From Podarcis melisellensis (lineage: Eukaryota), in the NCBI GenBank assembly GCA_964234715.1, contig OZ174278.1: DNA of 64,000 nucleotides. One strand, 5' to 3'. This document shows, piece by piece, positions 38,019 to 50,300 of the stretch. Below the pieces are notes generated by a model. That model was given only the letters and a program-made list of their open reading frames with translations, did not search any database and was not told the origin of the DNA. Both the position numbers and the translations under genes were made by a program. Each line of letters begins with the position of its first letter. Position 1 is the first letter of the stretch.

Positions 38019-41000
38019 GTCTACACTGAGTGGCAACAGTTTGAGGCAGGGGTCCTTCCCAGTCCTGCTTGGATTTGCCAAAGGTTGCACCTGGGACCTT
38101 TTGACAACAAAGTATATTCTTTTCTACTGAAAGACAGCCCTTCTCATGAAAGGGACAGTTCCATATAATAGCTTATAGGATCCTGGAGCAGGGAGTCCCT
38201 AGGTTTATGGGATGTGCACCCAACCCCAATGTTTCACCCGTTCTCACACAGAAATCAGGAAAACAGCAAATCCCCCCCCCAAAAAACTTGCTGTGCTGGA
38301 GGATTTAAGGCAGGGGTGGCCAATGTGGTACCCTCCAGATTGTTGCTGGACTCCAATGCCCACCTTGACCATGGGCTCTGCTGATTGACGTTAGGGTCAA
38401 CAACACTTACAGGGCACCAACATTGGCTACCACTGGTTTGATTAATGTTTGCCCCAGCCCCATTCTCAATGATACAGCAAGAGCAGGAATTTCCCCCTTA
38501 TTTATTCTCCCTTCCTGGCCATTCCTCAGTGTCTCCCATGCTGTAGAAACAAAATAGTAAAGTGCTGCTTGAGTCTGTAGTAACTCATTCATGAGTGTTC
38601 CTTCTTTCCAGTAGGTTAGAAACAGAACAGCAGGGCAGCAGCCTTCAAGCACTTGACATTTAATGGGTTCTGTGAGATGGCAAACTTTGATTTTAACTCT
38701 TTAATACAGAAACTTGTATCTGGTATATTTCTGTGTTTCATTTCTGCATATAGAGAGACAGACAAAAATACTTTGGGGCAAGAGAGAAAGGAGAAATAAT
38801 ATAAAAACGCCAATATTTTACTTAGGTGGCTTTTTTAAAAAGCCAAAAATGATTTGAAACACACAGTCTCAGGGCAGTATGTAGAATAGTTAATTTCTGT
38901 TGTTTTTGGCTCAACACCTCAGCACCGTCTGGTACTTCAAGGTTTAGCTCTCTCTTTCTTACCAGAGGCTGCCGGCTGTCTGTGTTAGCTAAAGATATCT
39001 GGGGCAATAAAAGTGGAAGAAACAGCGCTATCTATAAAATCAGGACAAACAAAAAAGAAGTTTGGAGTCCCTGAGTTTATGATTGCCACATTGACTTGTT
39101 TCTTTGCTTGACTGAACAAGTTTAAAAGATCTGCTTTAACCTGTTTTAACCAGGATCAGATACAAAACCTGAACCTTGGACACATTTAGGTCTGTCCAAG
39201 GCAAATCTAAAAATGTGTACAGTTTTTGGATGTGTGTCTTGTGTACTTGTTAGAAGTAACGTAATTCTGGGTTGGCCACAGACAATTTGTGGTGCACCTA
39301 CCTCAATGGTTCTTGAACAATTTTTGGGGGTTTTTCTGAATTTTTTTGTCATCAAGAGCCCTTTTACAAATTACTACGGAAATTACTGTTATTAATTTGA
39401 TTTCTTACTCCTTCCCACCCCCCTTCACCCCGAGGTTCTGCGAGGGAAGCACATTTTGGACACTGCCACTAGTTAAAGGAACAAGGTTGCTTGGCGTGAT
39501 TTGTACAATTTTGTTAGACTGTGCTGTAAGCTGCCTCAGAGAGCCTTTGACTGAAAAGTGACATGCACAGAATGAAGTGGTCAACTTAGGTGGTAGAATT
39601 TTGGACCGTACCTTTTCAGAATTCAGTGGGGGTGTACATCTATGTGTCATAAATTTGATTGCTCTACATAAATGATTTCTACATATATTAAATTTCCTAC
39701 AGCATTAAAACTTCATAATGTGCTGGTTTAGGCAATTTTTAAAGTGCAGGGAGTAGTCAAAATTTTTGCCTCTCACCTGCAACAATCTAAAGTAGTTTAG
39801 TCTAGAATTCTTAACCTTAGTATTCTGACATATTCTGTGTTATGTCTAGGATGGATCTTATTACATTTCCCCCAGATCCATCAGGATGTGCTAAATGTTT
39901 GGGATCAACACTTCATGCACACAAATTTTCAGTTACATAGATATATCATATCTCAGACAAAACAATATCTATGTAGTTAAAGAATTCAGGCCAATGACTA
40001 CTGTTTCTTTCTCTAGGCCTTGCATGATCTTCAGCATACAAATGGATGCCTGGTCATAGCATTTTTATTTACAGTTTTTTTAAAAAAAAACTTACAAATT
40101 AACATTGTTTAGTGAGCTTTTCTCACTTTTGAAGGTATATCAGAAATCACAAAATGCTATTGGACAAACCTAGCAAAATCAAAAGCTCAATACCCCCACT
40201 ATTTGTAATGGGAGAAATGTAATCATGTACTTAATTCTGCCATATAAATGAACGGGAATTGAAAGTAAACTGTGCACTAAGATGTTTATCTAGTTGCGAA
40301 CTAAGGCATTTATTTATTATGGTATTGTTTAATGTTCATTCCTCTGTTTAAGATTGATGGCTTAAAACATGAATATTTCAAGATATTGAAAGTAAAGGCA
40401 TCATGATTTGAACAGCAAAAGGGCACAATTTATATCAATAAATCAAAGAGAAAAAGGTTAACCCGTAGAAGTTAAAAATAGCATACATCTTCCCGTTTCG
40501 CATTAAACATCTAGATCTGTTGTTTTCTGGAATTAGCACAATGTGGAAAATATTAATTTCGCTATAAATCTGTTTTAAGGCGTACATTCTAAAAGGGGAT
40601 ATATGACTAAGTTGCCGCGAATGAATGGTGGGCTTTGCAATTCTATCTCACTTTTCATACGCTTGGAAATAAGACGGTCGTATTCTTCATGCAAGTGTTG
40701 TTTATTTTATGCCTCCTTATAATTAGTACAAAAACTCTTGTGGAATACCTTCTTATGCACATAGTTAATAGAGACTTTAAAGAGTTCTGATCGAGTTAAA
40801 AAACACAGCAATTAAAGGTGATTTTTAAAAAAACCAAAAGGAAAAGTGAACTGAAAAACAACACCAGGGTATTTGAGCAGAATAAGCATTTGGAAACTCT
40901 TTTTAAAAACAAACAAAAAAAACCCCCAATGGCCCAAGAAAAGGACTGGCAAAGTAAAGTTGAGGGATTTATCACCGTCACCACCCTGTAGCACCTCAGA

Positions 41001-42935
41001 TCATCAGGATAACCCATCAAGACTACATACCTTTATTTTTCTTTCCCCAGACAGAATTTCATCAGCACTCAGCAAGCTTGGCTTCCCAGATAGTTTGAGT
41101 AACTTTAAAAGGGATTTTTAAAAAAAGAAATAATCAGGACAAGTCTTAATCATCAGCTTTGCATTTCTGTGCAATGTTGTTCAGCTATTGCTAAGGAACT
41201 ATGCATTCCTCCTTATAATTTCCTCTTACCTGTAAAAGAGCAAAGTTCAGATTCCTTTCTTGAAGTTACTCTCATGTCAAGCTGGATGGCCCTTCCTTGA
41301 AGGAGTGTGTCCCTCAGGTAATGTATCTGTGCGTGCTTTTGAAAGCCCTCCTTCCCCTCCACACTCCCACCCAACGTCCCCTCGTACTTGCTGTCAGTCA
41401 AAAACAAGTTAGAAAGAGCCTTTTCTGAGTTGGAATTACCTGAATGAGGAAGCCAGAGGGAGGGAAGGAATCTGAGAGGAGACTTTGTGATTTCAGCAGC
41501 ATGTCTTAAGGAAACCTACAGCGAAGACCAGGAAACTGTATAATTCTAATGAATTCAACACCCTGTCAGGAGCTGAGCAAATACCTGATTGAAAAGAAAC
41601 TGATGTACTTTCAGAGGATGTCAGTTAATCTTTGAAGAAACTTGATCAAAGTCCCTTCATGACCTTATTGCCCAAATAAACAAGTGTAAAAATCTTTGAA
41701 TAAATCTTGATATTATCCTTTTTAAAAAGAGAAAGAGAAATGGCTGAATATTCCTTCCTTTTAGGGAAATGGCAGGTTGATTGTGAGGCAAATACACAGC
41801 AGGTCTAGCTTAATGTGCAGGTCTGGTAATAACCATGGACAGAGTCGATAGCCCAGAATATCGATGGTTCCCAGCTGATTGCTGGCACTGCTGTTTCCTT
41901 TTGATCTCTTGTGTGTGGCATTTCCTTTGTTATTTACAAGACATGAGAATTAAACATTGGGAAACACTGAGTGTTGAGAAAGAGAGCTATATTTTGCCAC
42001 TCTTAATGGTTCCAGGATGTCTTGGGCATTATGGTTTTTGATGTGATTTCCAGAAGTAAATCAGTAAAATGTAGAGCGAAATAGGAGACATTTGCCTTTC
42101 AGAAGACTCAGTCTGCTAGCCCTGGAATATTGTTCTCTGATATACACATTACCTTTCACTTTTTTTAAAAAAACAACCACTTGTTTACAAAAACAATTAC
42201 AATTGATTTGTGGCCCTAAAAAGGGTCCCCAAAGCAGCTTTAATAAAAACACAATCATAACCAATTCAAATACAATAAATCCGGGAGCAGAATAAAGAAA
42301 GCACTAACATAGCCACCAATAGGAGAACAACAACAACAACTATATTCAGATTAAAAGCTAGTCTCAACAGTATGCCAAAATAGTAGGAGTATGTAAAAGC
42401 CCTAGATGAAGCACTAACCTAAAGTGAACGGCCCTACTTTGGAGCTATTCAGGCTATTCAGAATACAAGGCAATTTTGATCTGAGGTGAAATAGGCTGGT
42501 CCCAAAGTTCTAGATTTGCCTCAGAGATTTGGAAGGGTATTTTAATTTTTAACTTTTTCTGATATGTTTGATACATTTCTGAACCTCCTTCAAGCACTCC
42601 CAACCTGAAGAAGCAACTCCCCCAATATCAACCACCTCGGGTCCCAAGATCAGCTGGGCTGCTGCCTGATTGGTAATGGCCTGTGGCAGGGCCTTCTTGG
42701 TGGTGGCTCTCCATTTGTGGAATACACTCCCTGGTGAGGTGCTTCTGGCTCCCTCACTGACAGTCAGAAGAAATTCTACTGGACTTGCCCCACCCCAGCC
42801 AGCAGTCGCTGCAGCTTTTAATAAGTGAATGTAGGGAAATGGTTAACACAGAGTTTGTTGCAACATATCCACTAGACATCCACTATTGCTCCTTCCAATT
42901 CCCCAATTTTTTAAAAAGTAAATAATTAAACAAAA

Positions 42936-42974
42936 AAGAGTCGGACATGACTAAACGACTAAACAACAACAACA
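42936..42974 (+). mobile_element. Minimal BovB 3' tail
   Basis: aagagtcggacatgactaaacgactaaacaacaacaac. Confidence 0.75.
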
Positions 42975-45900
42975 GAGAGATTATAGAGAATCACTGTTGC
43001 TTGTTCCCTCTCCCCCTCTCTAGGAAGGTCACAAAACAAATACTAAGCCTAGATGCAAACACAAAGTTCCTCAAAGTAAGAAATGCTCCCTGTTGCTGCC
43101 CTGGCCTTCAGGGAAACAACTTTGAGCAGGCTTAGAACCAATGTATGATTCTGTTAAGCTAATGCTACTACATAGGGCTGCTTTTGAAGTAGTCCTGACT
43201 CCTCTCATATCTGCTATAGTGGCTGTGCAACAAATGGAGTAAAAGCATTCCTACCAGGACTGACTATCCAGCAGCCCAGTCAGTCACATGGCTTTTCTGC
43301 TTAGAGACACATGGGAAGAACCTCTTTCCAAGCTACAAAGGCATGAGTGAAGAGCAAATGAAAAACACAATCAACCAGTGACATAGCATGGGTTGCCAGT
43401 GCTCAGGGCCACATGGAGGGGGTGGGTGAGAGGCAAACGAAGTACATATGCACATTCAACTGCCTAACAGTGTCCATGTCACCCAGGAGATTGCAAGCCC
43501 AGACATAAGAGAAGAGTCATTCTGTTGTCTGGAGAGGTCACTTTCTGTTCGCGTGGAGAAGCCATTTTCAGTGGAGCCCAGTGATGGAAGTGCACTGCTG
43601 TATTGAGGCAGCACTGGGTGTTGAATTTTTTATGCCCCTAACAATTTTGGGCCCAGGACAACCGCCCCTGTGCCCCCCACAACCACGCTACGCCAATAAA
43701 ATAAACTTTTGAGAAACAAAGCATGGTTTGTGTGGTCATCTGTGGTAGTTATTTGAATGGCTAAATTTACTGCTCTGTTCTATAGTATCGGTGGACTGTG
43801 TGCAGACTTAAGCAGGCCCCCGGATAAAGAATTATCATGTTATCAATGCATAGATAGCCAGAGACCTTTGCTTTAAATTACCAGCGTGAACAATAAACTT
43901 TTATCTAGGGATGGTTCCTGGAGGCCCATAAAATGGCCTCTGACCCTGCTTCTGTTTTCATTAGAACATTAGCCAGGGGAGAGGGACAGGCAGGGGCAGG
44001 GCATCATTCCTTCTAGTAGCAAATGCAGGTGGCTGCGTGTCCATCAGTCTGGAAGCCAAATGAGGCAACTCCCAAATAAGGGAGCAAGTTTCAACATACC
44101 TGGAGGGCTCCCTAGATATATTGGTAAATTAAAAGAAATGAGAACTTTAAAAAAATAAAACCCCAAAGGCCTAACAAGTACCTGTGAGGGCCTAGACTTC
44201 CAAGAATGTTGATAGCAGTTGCACCTAGAGGGTGTAAAGGAAGTTGGGCAGGCTGTATGAGGGCTCCTCCAGAAGACTGGGTTTTTTCCCCATTCTCCCC
44301 CCCCCCCCAGTTATCAATGCAGAAGAACATTCTTCTTTCGCCTCCTAGTACAATTAGCAGTCAATCCAAGCTACAATGTATTCCAAATGCAAATCTTGAG
44401 GAATTTTCCAACACAAGGTGACCTTTATCATTGCAATGCCATAGGAAGTCAGGGGAAGTTAGAGAGCAAGTATGGTGCAGTTGTAAGCACGTCAGACCAG
44501 GGCTATTCATGAAACTCGCTAGATGACTTAAGTCAGGTCAGGCCCATCACTTACTCTATTCCACTCTTTGTTGGACCACAACTCCCATCATCCCTGACCA
44601 TTGGCTAAACTGGCTGGGGATTATGGAAGTTGTAGCCCAACAACACTGGGGACTCAAAATTGAAGAGTGCTGCTTAGTCTACCTCACAGGGCTGGTTCTG
44701 CAAACAAAATGGGGAAACCATGCATGCTGGTCTAAGCTCATTAGAGAAAAGGTGGAGTTAAAATGTCTGTGTAACATATGCACCTTCAAATTGCCTCTGA
44801 GTCCATCAGTTTCTCAGCAAGCCAGATCTCTTTGCTAAAAATGGAATGAGGCTTTCAAGCTAGCTGAGTATTTAACCTTTCAAACTTTTATGGCCTATGA
44901 AAAATGGAGTTCTCAGTTAGTGATTCTGGAAGGAAATGTCACTGCATGGTGGTCTAAAGGACTGTCATCTGACTCTTCTCAGAGACTGCAAGATTCAGGG
45001 CAAGTTTTGGTGAACTATTGGACTTGTGTAAATACTTGGACGATAGTGTCAAGAATCAAGAAAATCACTGAGACTACCAAAAGTTAAAGTTACACTAACA
45101 CAGGGACAGGGAACTTCTATCCTCCAAGTCTTTTCATCTGGTCCTCAGGGCACTAAGCCAGGTCTCACTCCTAACCTACTCTGCTCCACACCCTCTGTGG
45201 GTGGCTTTTGCCCAGCTACAATATGTCATTAAACTGTTATAATACCCCTTGGTCCCTGGGTGGTGGATAGAGAAATGGGTGTGTAGAACCCACTGGTTTT
45301 TTGTGTGGCTGGAATGTGGTCTACAATATAAAGGTAAGAGTCGCATCCATTGATTCACTCATTTTTGCCTATGACATGCCCATATTTTTTCTGGTCTCCA
45401 CCAACCATCGCTATGCAGCCCCCATGTGCAAATGTAACCCTCAGAACTTCACCCTAACATTAAGGAAAAATTGCTTTGAAAGTGGCACAGTAACCCCAAA
45501 TGACTGGTAGGCACATGTCTTCTGATTGCCACTTGCAAAAAGGATGTGGGGGTGTCTGTTGTCTTTGCTCAAGCTGGTACAGGCTTCCTGGAGTGCTGTT
45601 CCTGGGGTATTAAAGCTGTTGCTATGAGAAGACCCAACATTTTCCCAGCTCCTTTCCAACCCCATCCTCAGTCAAAACCACAGGCTTGATGAACTTGCAT
45701 AGTGATGACTCTCCCTTGCTACATACTTGCTACCTTCTTTAAAATCTATGGAAAAATGCTGGCCAGGGGGGATAAACCTATGTGGGTGTGGGTGTGTAAA
45801 TACTTCAAACCATTATGACAAGTATGAGGAAATGGCAATGAATTATAATCTTGTCCAGATTTTATATACAGTATCTGAAGAGATCTGTAATGGTAGAAAG

Positions 45901-46044
45901 AAGTATGAAAAAGTTAACGTGACCAGATTGTGATCAAGGGGATGAAAGGGGCATCCTTTTAATCAAGGTGAGACAGAATTACCTCTAGAATTTTAGGTAC
46001 CAAGTGTATCCAGGGCAGTGAGCTGCTCAATTGTTTCCATCATA

Positions 46045-47346
46045 TTTTTTTTTATATAAATATTTATTAAGATTTTTAAAGAAAAAAGAAAAAAGTACAT
46101 TAATAATAAACAGTATTATTTTGCTTTAACAAAGTTTCCTGTCATCTTTGAACTTCCTCACGCCTCCCGCTCCCATTTACGTCATTAATAAATTTTTGTC
46201 AAGCAAATTATCATCTTATTTCCAACTTGTATACCAATAAAATACATTAAAATAATTGTCCTTCAACTTTGTTTCTCTTAATCTCTCTTGTCATCATTTC
46301 CTGATCTATTTTAGTGATGGCCAGTTGTTTATAACCAAGCATCTTTCTTAACATTCCATTAAATCACAATATTTTTGTAAATAAGTCTTAAATTTCTTCC
46401 AGTCCTCTTCCATCCTTTCTTCTCCCAGGTCTCGGATTCTGCCGGTCATCTCCGCCAGCTGCATATAGTCCATCAGTTGCATCTGCCATTCTTCCAGTGT
46501 GGGTAGATCTTGAGTTTTCCAGTTCTTGGCAAGTAATATCCTTGCTGCTGTTGTCGCATACATGAAAAATGTTCTGTCTTTCTTTAACACCTTCTGGTCG
46601 ACAATGCCCAGGAGGAAGGCCTCTGGTTTCTTAGTGAAGGTATACTTAAATACCTTTTTCAGCACATTATATATCATTTCCCAGAAGGCCTTCACCTTAG
46701 GGCAGGTCCACCAGAGGTGGTAAAATGTTCCTTCATTTTCCTTACATTTCCAGCATTTGTTATCTGACGAATGGTATATTTTGGCAAGTTTGACTGGGGT
46801 CATGTACCATCTGTATATCATTTTCATTACATTTTCTTTCAAAGCATTACATGCAGTAAAATTCAACCCAGTGGTCCACAACCTTTCCCAGTCCTCAAAC
46901 ATAATGTTATGCCCAATGTCCTGTGCCCATTTTATCATAGCCGACTTAACCATTTCGTCTTGTGTATTCCATTTCAACAGCAAGTTATACATTCTTGAAA
47001 GTACCTTAGTCTTAGGTTCTAACAGCTCTGTTTCCAACTTCGATTTCTCCACCTGGAATCCTAACTTTTTGTCACTTTTAAAAACTTCCTTGATCTGAGC
47101 GTAGTGTAACCAGTCTCGCACTTTATCCTTCATTTTCTCCATACTCTGCAATTTCCAATTGTCTCCGTCTTTTTCTAGCAATTCCCAATATTTTGGCCAA
47201 TAGGCTTCCATATTGGTTCCTTTTCGGGCCTTAGCTTCCAAAGGTGAAAGCCACCTTGGTGTTTTATTTTCCAATAAGTCTTTATATTTTGTCCAGACAT
47301 TAAACACTGCTTTCCTGACAATATGGTTCTTAAAGGCCTTGTTGAT
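46045..47346 (-). mobile_element. Young 5'-truncated L1 (1.3 kb) with 19-bp TSD
   Basis: TSD ctcaattgtttccatcata at 46026-46044 and 47347-47365; AATAAA plus a short A tail at the 3' end; uninterrupted ORF2 C-terminus. Confidence 0.95.
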
Positions 47347-47364
47347 CTCAATTGTTTCCATCAT
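46348..47364 (-). CDS. L1 ORF2 C-terminal fragment (zf-RVT-type CCHC region; no EN or RT), 338 aa
   Basis: YRWYMTPVKL, CWKC-x8-HLWWTCPKVKAFW and AARILLAKNWK motifs of L1 ORF2p. Expression is not shown. Confidence 0.7.
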   Translation of the reverse strand: MMETIEINKAFKNHIVRKAVFNVWTKYKDLLENKTPRWLSPLEAKARKGTNMEAYWPKYWELLEKDGDNWKLQSMEKMKDKVRDWLHYAQIKEVFKSDKKLGFQVEKSKLETELLEPKTKVLSRMYNLLLKWNTQDEMVKSAMIKWAQDIGHNIMFEDWERLWTTGLNFTACNALKENVMKMIYRWYMTPVKLAKIYHSSDNKCWKCKENEGTFYHLWWTCPKVKAFWEMIYNVLKKVFKYTFTKKPEAFLLGIVDQKVLKKDRTFFMYATTAARILLAKNWKTQDLPTLEEWQMQLMDYMQLAEMTGRIRDLGEERMEEDWKKFKTYLQKYCDLMEC

Positions 47365-50300
47365 AGCCCCTTGTTTTCACATGTTCCAAAACACAGGAAA
47401 ATGTTGACCTTTCCAGTTACATATTTTATGTGTTTAAAGCTTAAAGTTAAGGGTACAACATGTCTCTTCAAACCCTTTTCATGGACACAGGCTTTTGATT
47501 CAGGTTATTTTTACACTTACTTTCTCACCCATCCTTCACAGAATGTGAGGACTAAATATAAGGGGAAGTGAGCTCTCCATCACCATACACCCACAACCAC
47601 ACACACATAATATAAAGGCCCACAAATATGGAAATCGTGATTTTCAAAGGTTGTAGGATGTGAAAAGGTTTGTCTTTAAAAATTACATATTTCCATTGAT
47701 TATCAAGTATTCATTAATCGCCATCATTATTACACAGATACTGGCAAATTACCTGTCAGTATGATGGACTGAATGTTCCTTCACACACAAAAGGTCTGGC
47801 TTTGATTTATTTCTCTAGAAGAAAGTGGAGAGGTTGATGTAGCTGCTGAAAGACCACAATTGTGGGCTGAAAGAATCTCTTCCTGCCCAACTTCAAGAGT
47901 TTTACAACCTTCTCCCTGGAGGTCACAGGAACAACTGACTTGGATGGAGGTGGGGAGTAGAGATAATGGATAAGGACTATGATGAAGACCTGAAGAGGAA
48001 CATTGAGTCCTAACGCCTTGCAACTTTCATTGTGCTAAACGTAAGTGGTGTGTCTACAGACGCTGTAGGAGATGAAGCACACCACTGTGGAAGTCTAGCA
48101 TAATCAAAGGACACAACAGCAGAATGGAATTCATATACGATGAGTAAAATGGCTCTCCTTAGGATGGGTGGCAAATGTGTGTGTCTCTACGCCATGTGTC
48201 ACAACAGAGACCCACTGCAGACTTCCTGTTGACCATCCAATGTTAGGAGTGAAAGGCAGATTTTCTCCTCACTACTTACTCTGACATTACTGCTTCCATA
48301 TAACACCTTTGATTATCAAGTACTATGGCAACCAATCAACAAAACTTGGACAACTCTTTCATTATACTAAAGGGCCATTCTTCCAACAAAAGAGAATATC
48401 CAAAGCTACCTACTTAAAACAAAAACAAAAAACTTGCTATCTAGTTAACAAAAGACTATCTTCTTAACAAATGAAACTGAATATTGGATGTAACTTCTTA
48501 CATAAGGTCTCAATGTAACTGTAAAGCCTACCTTCACATATGAAATGGTACAAAGGGATAAGGAATTTGAGCTACATGTTGAACAGTAAAATATGGATCC
48601 ATACATCCATATTTATTATGGTTCTTAATCTTTAAGCTAGACTCTGGCTCTTTCTGCGCTAAACCTTTAAAGCAGCATCATACCACTATTTAGTCATGAT
48701 TTCCTCCAAAGAAGTCTGGGGACTATAGTTTTTTAAAGTGCTGGAAGTTGTTAGGAGACCCCTATTCCCCTCACAGAGCTACAACTCCAGAGCAGTTTCA
48801 TTCCTTTTTCCCAGGGCACTCTAGGAATTGTAACAGAGTGAGTGCAGATGGGCCTTAGACAAGACATCAAATAGAAGACTTCTTCAAATAGACAATTATT
48901 CTCTAAATGGACCTTCAAACAGAGGTTTGTCTTCTGTACTCTGAAACACAGGCGATATAGATTATGTTATCTTGGACGACCATCTCAGAGAATCCAAAAA
49001 TATTGACATACTATCAACAGACATTGACCTGCAGAACACCTACAAAGCCAATGGAAGGATGGGGCTGGAGATCCTTCAAAGAAGTGCAACTCTGCAAAGT
49101 TACAAGAAGAAAGAACAAAAATGGACTGAAGGGGAACTTAATAAGCACAAGTAACCTCAACAACTCATCACAATAGCCAGTCAAATCCATATGCAATGAA
49201 AAATATTGTGGGTTTTGTTTTCTGAGTATATTCAATTTTACCCCTTGATCCATTTTATAATGTGATGTTTTAATGCTAAAACATACAAAATATATAACTT
49301 TTCTATAAATTGTCAATAAAAAAGAAAGAAAAATGGGTAATGGAACAAGCAATCAAAATAGCAATGACAGCAAAAATGTTTCAAAAATAAGTTCTGATAT
49401 GATGAGAGCACTGAGAGTGCAAAATGTGTATTTGGGGCTTTATAAAGCTCTAGGCAAGTGACTCGGCAGGAAACACCAGCACAGTGGGAGGGCACAGCTT
49501 TTGCTGAGTTAATCAATTATAAAGCAGCAGACATTAAAATGTACAGAGCATGGATCCCACAACTGTTGTGGAACAATAGTGAAGCCCCCATTCTACCCTG
49601 CCAAAAAACTGTACATACCTCTAAGATGCAAGAAATCCCTCACATTTCCCACAGATAACAGCAAAACTTTCCAGAAGAACATGGCTATTAATCTATGACA
49701 AAAATACTGGTAACACCAAAAGTCCCATTTTCTGAAGAGAAGATTCCAGCGAAGATGTCTGATTCTGTTTGCAACAATGATTAGACAAGAAACAGAAACG
49801 TGTGCCAATATTTTAATGCGCAACTTGAGAATAATTGTTAGACCCGTATCTTAACTGTTGCTTGTTGTTGTGAACATAGTTCTTGGTGGAAAATGCAGTG
49901 AAAAATCATGGCATTATCTCCCAGCAGCTCTTACAATATTGTAGGCTTGGTTCCCCCCGCCCTGGTGCAGCCATAGGCCAGCTGGAAGCAGACTGAGATG
50001 TGGGACTGATAAAGAAACTCTTCATCATCTTAGGTTCCAGCATTACTGAACACCCCCGAGTACATACTTTATCAGGGTGTTCAATGGCAATAAAAGAAAG
50101 AATGTTAAAGACCCACAGATTGTCTTAAGGAAATTTGCAGGAGGAAATGTCAGGGTTCCAATGGGCTCATAGTCCAAGCAGCATATATGGTGTCAATGTT
50201 TCATGGTCAAGATTCAGCACAAGCAACTGAAGCAGCCCTACTATACACATTCTTATTGGCAAATTAGTTTTTGCTCAGCGGATGTGGGAGAACGTGTTTA

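Noticed and set aside
48200-49335. Possible old plus-strand L1 remnant ending in aataaa plus an A-rich tail (similar hints at about 39400-39960 on minus)
   Set aside because: Too decayed to support by eye; needs RepeatMasker.
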